64,000 nucleotides of DNA from a virus. Lineage: Duplodnaviria > Caudoviricetes. Both the position numbers and the translations under genes were made by a program. The notes under the pieces are model-generated. The model ran no database searches, was not told the DNA's origin, and was given only the letters and a program-made list of their open reading frames with translations. Where the stretch lies: the IMG/VR virus record IMGVR_UViG_2627853916_000003, positions 1-64,000 of that record. One strand, given 5' to 3'. Positions 58,222 through 64,000 of this stretch are shown here, in pieces (the first letter of the stretch is position 1; every line of letters starts with the position of its first letter).

Positions 58222-58650
58222 ATGAATCTAATTCACGGATTTTGCAGCACTAACCCACTAATTAACCCTGATATGGTGCTAATGCAGAGAGGCACATACG
58301 CCCACCAGCTAAAGCGACTTTTCACTGACAGCAAACTACGTGTTGGCCATCTTTACGAAATGAGAACGACAGCAAGTAGCAGCGAAAAATACTGGGAATC
58401 ATTGGCCGCCTATTTTGATGAAATCACTTTTAAAGCCAAACAAAGTTATACAGAAAGTGATTCTCAGTATCACTTTTTAACTTACTTATCCGATGCGGTT
58501 TATTTGATAGAGAAAAAGGGCATTGATTGGGATGTGCTTATTCACTCTTTGATTTTGGATAGCGACCAAACGCAAGAAACCCAAGATCAACAGCTACGCA
58601 ATATCAGCCACCTTTTGAAAATGACACAGCAATACGCAGAGCAGTTTTAA
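58222..58650 (+). CDS. Hypothetical protein
   Basis: First gene of the rightward operon. Confidence 0.65.
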   Translation: MNLIHGFCSTNPLINPDMVLMQRGTYAHQLKRLFTDSKLRVGHLYEMRTTASSSEKYWESLAAYFDEITFKAKQSYTESDSQYHFLTYLSDAVYLIEKKGIDWDVLIHSLILDSDQTQETQDQQLRNISHLLKMTQQYAEQF

Positions 58651-58652
58651 CG

Positions 58653-58850
58653 ATGGTGACGATCTACCCATTAGACGAATTTATTAAAGCGAATTTCCGA
58701 AGCAATTCGGAGTTTGCCAGGATTCACGGCGTTGTCTTAAACACGGTTTACAAGATGAACGCCAATGGCGTCCATGCCAGCGGTGACAGAAACAATTACA
58801 CCCTTTGGTATGGCAAGAAACACGGCAGTGAACAACAGCAATTGTTCTAG
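58653..58850 (+). CDS. Small Cro-like HTH protein
   Basis: SNSEFARIHGVVLNTVYKM. Confidence 0.5.
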   Translation: MVTIYPLDEFIKANFRSNSEFARIHGVVLNTVYKMNANGVHASGDRNNYTLWYGKKHGSEQQQLF

Positions 58851-58888
58851 TTCCACCAGCAATTAAGAAACATCAAGAGACAGAGAGC

Positions 58889-59338
58889 ATGTTGAATATG
58901 ACTTTATTCGAACTGATCACCCCTAGCGACCCATACACGTTCTACGCGCCTAACTTAGAAGTGGCAGCGGTCGTCGCTTACTCACTATCAAGCCATTACG
59001 GCGCTGTTTCAGTCGATAATCCAGAAGAACGCTCACCGATCCTTTTAGGTTGGGGAGAATGGTTTGAAGAACGAAACATCGATGGCGAGTGGATGAAAGC
59101 AAACCATCTTGTTTTGGCCGATGCCTTTGATTCGTTAGTGATTGGCAAGCCGGAGAAACGCGCACAGTTCGACGCGACATTGGCCGCACTATCTGACAGC
59201 CAGAAAGAGGCATTCAAGCGCGAACACAACGACAAGAAGCGCTCAAGCTTGAACAATATTGCCAGCGTTGCTTACGAGTACGCAGCGAAGTGCCGAGAAC
59301 TGCATAAACGAGAACAGGGTAAAGCTAATGCTATTTGA
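58889..59338 (+). CDS. Hypothetical phage protein
   Basis: FELITPSDPYTF...RSSLNNI. Confidence 0.7.
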   Translation: MLNMTLFELITPSDPYTFYAPNLEVAAVVAYSLSSHYGAVSVDNPEERSPILLGWGEWFEERNIDGEWMKANHLVLADAFDSLVIGKPEKRAQFDATLAALSDSQKEAFKREHNDKKRSSLNNIASVAYEYAAKCRELHKREQGKANAI

Positions 59339-59771
59339 GAAACTAAGTAAGGGCGATGTGGTTTTTGTTAGACGTACCGTTAATGTCAGCTCCGGTTGGT
59401 GTACTCGAACACTAGGCACATTCTTTATCCCTGCCGAGGTTACAGCGGTTACTAAGGCACGTTTTAAGGCAATGGTACTACGGGACGTTTTAAGCCCTAT
59501 TGAAATGACGTTTAGACGCGATGATGGCGTAGAACATCGAAGCGGTAGCCAACGCCTAATCGCATTCAAGCTAGGCCAAAACACGCAAGATGGCGTTGTC
59601 ACTGACCAGCTTAAAGAATGGCAAGAATGCTGCAAATTGGCTCGGGATATTCGTGACGTTCGCCACCTAGTGAACGTTAACGATATTGACCCTATGCAGA
59701 TGACCCAAGCGCTATGTGATGAAGTGTTGGCGGTGATTGCCAAGCTACCACGAAAAGAAAACGGCTATTAA
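59328..59771 (+). CDS. Hypothetical protein
   Basis: Probable start MLFEKLSKG. Confidence 0.65.
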   Translation: MLFEKLSKGDVVFVRRTVNVSSGWCTRTLGTFFIPAEVTAVTKARFKAMVLRDVLSPIEMTFRRDDGVEHRSGSQRLIAFKLGQNTQDGVVTDQLKEWQECCKLARDIRDVRHLVNVNDIDPMQMTQALCDEVLAVIAKLPRKENGY

Positions 59772-59909
59772 CTTTCCATTGGCTGCCAGTTCGCTGGTGG
59801 CCATCCCTATCCTGATTTATGGCCACTTTAGATGAGCGCCAACGGATAGATGCAGTTATAAGCTGTGGTGTATTATGTACACCCTAACTACCCAAAAGAT
59901 ATACAGAAA

Positions 59910-60836
59910 ATGACTTTCTTCAAAACCAAACTTGCTTCGATTTTATTGTTAGCACCAGCTTTGGCTATGGCTAAGACTGACGTTATCGATATACCCGCAG
60001 AACAGAACAGTCCGCGGCATTACAGTTGGAAGATAGATGAGGATACGACATTAACTCTACTTCGATACTGTGACCCTAAATGGGACAAGAATGATTTTTT
60101 CGTTTTTTACAAGGAAAGCTACTGCAACAACCGCGTCTATGTTCATAGCACTATGGCAGATGCCGCAAAAACGCGCTTTGGTAATAGCTATGCCGTTACG
60201 ATTAGCTATGGAGAAACGAGTGTCAGGTCTGAAATTTATTTGAGTACGCCTAGCCATAGTTCTATGGATATGTTTGCTCGCTCGCTATCTCAGGAGTCCG
60301 ACCCTGTTGTTAAGGTGAGTGGGTATGGTCAAATATCCGATGACAAGCTAATTAAACTGGATGGTCTTAAACGCGTTAAAGTTCCAAAAGGTCTGATTGA
60401 TAGCGACCCAACATATTCAATTGTTAAGTCCGTTCGTTTGATTGGATACCGTGATGCCTACAACGCTATTCATAATGGCGCTAAAGCCGAGTTCGATGCC
60501 AAGTATGATGAGCAGAACCTAAGCAATGCACTAATGCTGCTTATGAGTGTCATAGTGGCTCTTGGTGGAAGTTATGTGACTTGGAAGTACGTGTTAAAGC
60601 CAAGTGCGAATAAGCTAAGTGAAAAGAGCAAAGAAGTGGCTGATAAGCTTGAGAAAAGCAAGGTTAGGAGGATTGCCAAAGAAGAAGCGATTCGACAGAC
60701 CGTTCGTACCACAATCGAAAACGACAATGCTGCGATTACTGCACTAAAGGCTCAGATTAAAGAAGCTCTTGATAACAATGACGCTAAGACAGCAAAAATT
60801 CTGATGGAAGCGTTAGATAGGATGGAAAACAGTTAA
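59910..60836 (+). CDS. Exported/membrane protein
   Basis: Signal peptide (ALAMA), one TM helix, C-terminal coiled coil. Confidence 0.75.
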   Translation: MTFFKTKLASILLLAPALAMAKTDVIDIPAEQNSPRHYSWKIDEDTTLTLLRYCDPKWDKNDFFVFYKESYCNNRVYVHSTMADAAKTRFGNSYAVTISYGETSVRSEIYLSTPSHSSMDMFARSLSQESDPVVKVSGYGQISDDKLIKLDGLKRVKVPKGLIDSDPTYSIVKSVRLIGYRDAYNAIHNGAKAEFDAKYDEQNLSNALMLLMSVIVALGGSYVTWKYVLKPSANKLSEKSKEVADKLEKSKVRRIAKEEAIRQTVRTTIENDNAAITALKAQIKEALDNNDAKTAKILMEALDRMENS

Positions 60837-60854
60837 CCATTAAACCACCAGCAC
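60825..60854 (+). repeat. 30-bp direct repeat, copy 1
   Basis: GAAAACAGTTAACCATTAAACCACCAGCAC. Confidence 0.75.
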
Positions 60855-60872
60855 CAGATAAGGAACAGAGCA

Positions 60873-61424
60873 ATGATCATTAACTACGCCTTAAGTACCG
60901 TGCCGTTTGATGATGATATGGAATCGTGTGTAAGCACTATGACGGCAAGTGTGTTTATCCTTGGCGACCAAGGCGAAGAAACCGAAGTCGCAACGTGTGA
61001 TTTCTACATAGTGGACTTGGCCAGAGCATCAAACATTACGAACTGTCACGACTTGCTGGATTTAGACGGCAGCATTTATCACTTCACTAAAATTCTTGAT
61101 GATGAGTACATGCTGGTGGATGAGATCGAAGAACTGAATGATGAGCAACAATTAGGACTCTATTCAGAACCAGATCGCCTTATTGTCATCCACGAACTTA
61201 AGGTTAAGAAAGAGCACCGAGGGAACAAGTATTCCAGAGCGCTAATTAAGGACTTTATTGAACGCTTTACCACTGATAATGACTTGGTTGGATTAAAAGC
61301 GTATCCATTGGAAAATTACACTGAGGAAACCGTAACATCGTTACGTGGTTACTACGAACAATGTGGTTTTGTAGATACAGGTATCGATGACCTCATGCTG
61401 TTTGACTCGCTTCAAAGAGACTAA
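60873..61424 (+). CDS. GNAT-family acetyltransferase
   Basis: LKVKKEHRGNKYS, LRGYYEQCGF. Confidence 0.8.
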   Translation: MIINYALSTVPFDDDMESCVSTMTASVFILGDQGEETEVATCDFYIVDLARASNITNCHDLLDLDGSIYHFTKILDDEYMLVDEIEELNDEQQLGLYSEPDRLIVIHELKVKKEHRGNKYSRALIKDFIERFTTDNDLVGLKAYPLENYTEETVTSLRGYYEQCGFVDTGIDDLMLFDSLQRD

Positions 61425-61462
61425 TAAAAATAGAAACATCAAAATAATAGGTATCAATAGAA

Positions 61463-61729
61463 ATGCGTAAAATTGTTTGTTTATTACCGTTGTTACTGTC
61501 TGGTTGTGTCGCTGTTTGGGGACAGTCTTATAACATCGATGTTGCAAACGAGGACTATGTACAAGTTAACTACGATTCGGCAGTGATCAACTATAAGGCC
61601 ATGCTTAGCGAGGTTGCCGCGCATTGTGCCAAGTACGATAAAGATTACGTCAATGACAGTACGATTTTGAACGGTTGGGGAATCACAATGGCCGTTTATC
61701 GCTGCGTAGAGAAGAAAGAGAACAGTTAA
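61463..61729 (+). CDS. Small lipoprotein
   Basis: Lipobox LSGC. Confidence 0.8.
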   Translation: MRKIVCLLPLLLSGCVAVWGQSYNIDVANEDYVQVNYDSAVINYKAMLSEVAAHCAKYDKDYVNDSTILNGWGITMAVYRCVEKKENS

Positions 61730-61747
61730 CCATTAAGCCACCAGCAC
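61718..61747 (+). repeat. 30-bp direct repeat, copy 2
   Basis: GAGAACAGTTAACCATTAAGCCACCAGCAC (28/30 identical to copy 1). Confidence 0.75.
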
Positions 61748-61808
61748 GGTGGCTTTTTTTGCGTCTAAAGCTAAAATGCTACTAATTGCTTACAGAGAGG
61801 AATGACGA

Positions 61809-62057
61809 TTGAAAGAGTTTGATTTTGCGCTGGTGGCCAAGTTCCAAGGCGAATTGAATGCAGACACGCTTTGCGAGCTGTCTAACGCGCTCTTTGAAGT
61901 TGGTGCCAATGATTGCACCGTATCCGCATCTGGCAGCGATATTCGTATCGAGTTCGACCGAGAAGCTGACTCATACGAGGACGCTGTTAAAAGCGCGATG
62001 CAGCAAGCTAATCAAGTTAGCGGCCTTACTGCGCTCAGTGTGGCCAACAGCCAATAA
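61809..62057 (+). CDS. Antitoxin-like N-terminal domain protein lacking HTH
   Basis: ALFEVGANDC...EFDREADSYEDAVKSA. Confidence 0.5.
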   Translation: MKEFDFALVAKFQGELNADTLCELSNALFEVGANDCTVSASGSDIRIEFDREADSYEDAVKSAMQQANQVSGLTALSVANSQ

Positions 62058-62069
62058 CGAGGTTGCCCT

Positions 62070-62318
62070 ATGACGACTCAATTAAAAGAGTTTGACGCAT
62101 CCGACTACTTAACCGACCAACAGACTATCCAAGCCTATATCGATGAAGCGGCAAGCACTGGCGAACCCGCGCTTATTGCAGAAGCCTTGGCCGCTATCGC
62201 CAAGGCAAAGGGCATGGATAACACCTTACAGCCACCCAATGACCCATCTCTGTCCTCACTAATCTCGCTGGCCAACGTGTTAGGCGTATCAATTCAGTTA
62301 GGCATTAACGGGAAGTAA
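62070..62318 (+). CDS. Addiction-module antidote-like protein with shortened HTH
   Basis: FDASDYL...AYIDEA...ALAAIAKAKGM...PSLSSL...LGV. Confidence 0.7.
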   Translation: MTTQLKEFDASDYLTDQQTIQAYIDEAASTGEPALIAEALAAIAKAKGMDNTLQPPNDPSLSSLISLANVLGVSIQLGINGK

Positions 62319-62597
62319 TTTATTCCAGTTGTTCGGTTTGGCCGAACTACTCATTCAATAATCCGTTCGGAATCTATCCAATTTAGTTTCATTTCTCTAC
62401 AGAACTGAAACTAAACGCATGGCGCGCCTTAATGGTGCGCCTTTTTTTGATCTAAATCACGCCAGAAATAAACATAAATCAATCAATTTATATCTATTTA
62501 TAAAAAATGTGTTCGGAATGAGAAAAAGAAGTGGTATATTCAACTCGTTCCTAATCCCCTTGAACTTTCAGGGGAAGTACAGAAAACGGAGACTACT

Positions 62598-63344
62598 ATG
62601 ATTGTCTATAAAGTTGGACGTTACACATTCTCTGCTGACCTTTGCCGATACTCAAAAGAAGTCGGCCAAGAGGGCAACTACACACTAGGCTTTTGCACGG
62701 TCGAGTACCTACCTAAAGGCAATAGCCTATACCACCCTGAACCGAAGATTATCGACGCTAACAAACCATACGACATTATTGAGTTTGACCCTAAAGCGAA
62801 GATCAACGGCAGCCTGGCAATTCAGTGCGAACCAGATAAGTACAACGCGACACAAGCGGAGGAAATGAGCTGGATTGCCATCAAGATTGACGCACCAAAT
62901 GGCGACCTAGACGGACTTATCCGAAAAGTGGCCAAAGAACGCGGTATCGAGCTTACTGAGCGCGTTATGGATCAAACCAGAGAAAGACTATTCACCAAGT
63001 ACGCAACGCCTCAATACAGCGATCCGGCAACGGTTGGTGCGCTTGTTCGTAACACCTCAACCCTTAAGGCCGATTACTACTACAAATCGCGTATCAATGC
63101 GCTGGCTAAGCACTTCAATACGACCGTGCGACAAGCTGAATGGCTAGTATTTCTCGATCGCGGTTCGAAGATGGCCAAACGTGACGATGGCTGGCATCCA
63201 ACACTACTCGACCTAGACGAACCAGCCACAGAGAAAGAGCTTAATGAGCTGGTGGACGCTGGCGCAATCGCCTTTGATGCAGAGAGCAACACGTACACCA
63301 ACACTGAAAAAACAACCCTAGCACTAAGAGAGAACTACCTGTAA
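62598..63344 (+). CDS. Hypothetical protein, possible C-terminal wHTH
   Basis: 248-aa ORF with GGAG SD. Confidence 0.7.
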   Translation: MIVYKVGRYTFSADLCRYSKEVGQEGNYTLGFCTVEYLPKGNSLYHPEPKIIDANKPYDIIEFDPKAKINGSLAIQCEPDKYNATQAEEMSWIAIKIDAPNGDLDGLIRKVAKERGIELTERVMDQTRERLFTKYATPQYSDPATVGALVRNTSTLKADYYYKSRINALAKHFNTTVRQAEWLVFLDRGSKMAKRDDGWHPTLLDLDEPATEKELNELVDAGAIAFDAESNTYTNTEKTTLALRENYL

Positions 63345-63356
63345 GAGAGCACTACC

Positions 63357-64000
63357 GTGAATAAGCAAATAAAAATTTACGTACTGACTACCATGAACAA
63401 GGAAAGAGTTGAGTTCATGAAAAAGTTACTTAAGAACGTTAACTTTGAATTTGTGGAATCACTAGGCACGGAAGCCTTAAAAGAGCTTGAGGCGAAGTAC
63501 GCCCGTAAATCGCTGCGCTTTAGAAAGAAAGCCTTAATGCTTGGCGAACTTGGCGCATTCAAAACACACGCTATGGCTTGGGAACGCATCGCCAAATCAG
63601 GTGAAGCGGGGATTATCATCGAGGATAGCGCTGATTTCGTTCATGACGCATCGATCTTGCTAAGCGACGAAGTACGCAACCAAATCAACAATTGCGGCCT
63701 CGTATCTTTTACTGATTACGAGTACAAGCTGCATCCAGATAGACCAACGCTATTTAGCGATATTCCATTACGCAAGGCTTTCCCTATTCGTTGTTATGGC
63801 ATGACCGCACATCGAGCCTACCTATTGCTATCAGCATTAGACAAATCCGGCATGGTAATGCCTGTAGACCGTTGGCTGGCGACTCCGAAGCTATCCGGCC
63901 TGTTTGGCTTTGTCAGCAACATTGGCGTAGCGATTCGCCGTCACGGCATAACCAGTATAGCGAACGCGAGACGAGGCAAAGCGTCTTACAACCCGCTTAA
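63357..64000 (+). CDS. Glycosyltransferase family 25 (runs off window)
   Basis: Hand-translated, not in the track: IYVLT..NKERVEFM, GELGAFKTHAMAWERI, IIIEDSA, PVDRWL. Confidence 0.8.
   Translation, partial: MNKQIKIYVLTTMNKERVEFMKKLLKNVNFEFVESLGTEALKELEAKYARKSLRFRKKALMLGELGAFKTHAMAWERIAKSGEAGIIIEDSADFVHDASILLSDEVRNQINNCGLVSFTDYEYKLHPDRPTLFSDIPLRKAFPIRCYGMTAHRAYLLLSALDKSGMVMPVDRWLATPKLSGLFGFVSNIGVAIRRHGITSIANARRGKASYNPL

Larger units (their letters stand above)
1..64000. mobile_element. P1-like phage-plasmid (myovirus), partial
   Basis: Many ORFs resemble P1 proteins and keep P1 gene order (prt-pro, darB-ulx, lydA-lydB-hdf-darA-ddrA-ddrB-hxr, pmgC-tub-pmgB-sit-pmgA-bplA-16-R-S, 23-22-21-pmgG-bplB, 26-25-7-24-6-5); parAB present; no integrase in window. 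Confidence 0.95.

Noticed and set aside
58850-62320. Integron cassette array
   Set aside because: No VCR/attC-like repeats or integrase recognised
63791-64000. 69-aa track ORF
   Set aside because: Out-of-frame overlap with the GT25 gene
1-64000. tRNA or rRNA genes
   Set aside because: None recognised by eye; tRNAscan was not run

Overview
This window is about 64 kb of a P1-like phage-plasmid, probably from a Vibrio host (inferred from AphA-, HigA- and Qrr-like sequences). It carries a candidate antisense-controlled replication gene, head genes (pro, prt, 21, 23), the P1-type antirestriction set (darB split by a 1-nt frameshift, ulx, hdf, enlarged darA, ddrA, ddrB, hxr), parAB with 23 copies of a 20-bp palindrome in several arrays, a contractile tail, lysis genes, ref, and an accessory arm. 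The strongest novel signal is an apparent quorum-sensing manipulation module. It has three parts: (1) an intergenic sRNA with its own sigma70 promoter and terminator that carries the 14-nt Vibrio Qrr core GCCAACTGACGTTG (about 48219-48340); (2) a phage-encoded AphA homologue (56761-57294); (3) a second sRNA whose promoter is covered by an AphA-box-like palindrome (about 13915-14052). All homology calls come from recalled protein and RNA sequences plus P1 synteny, not from database searches.
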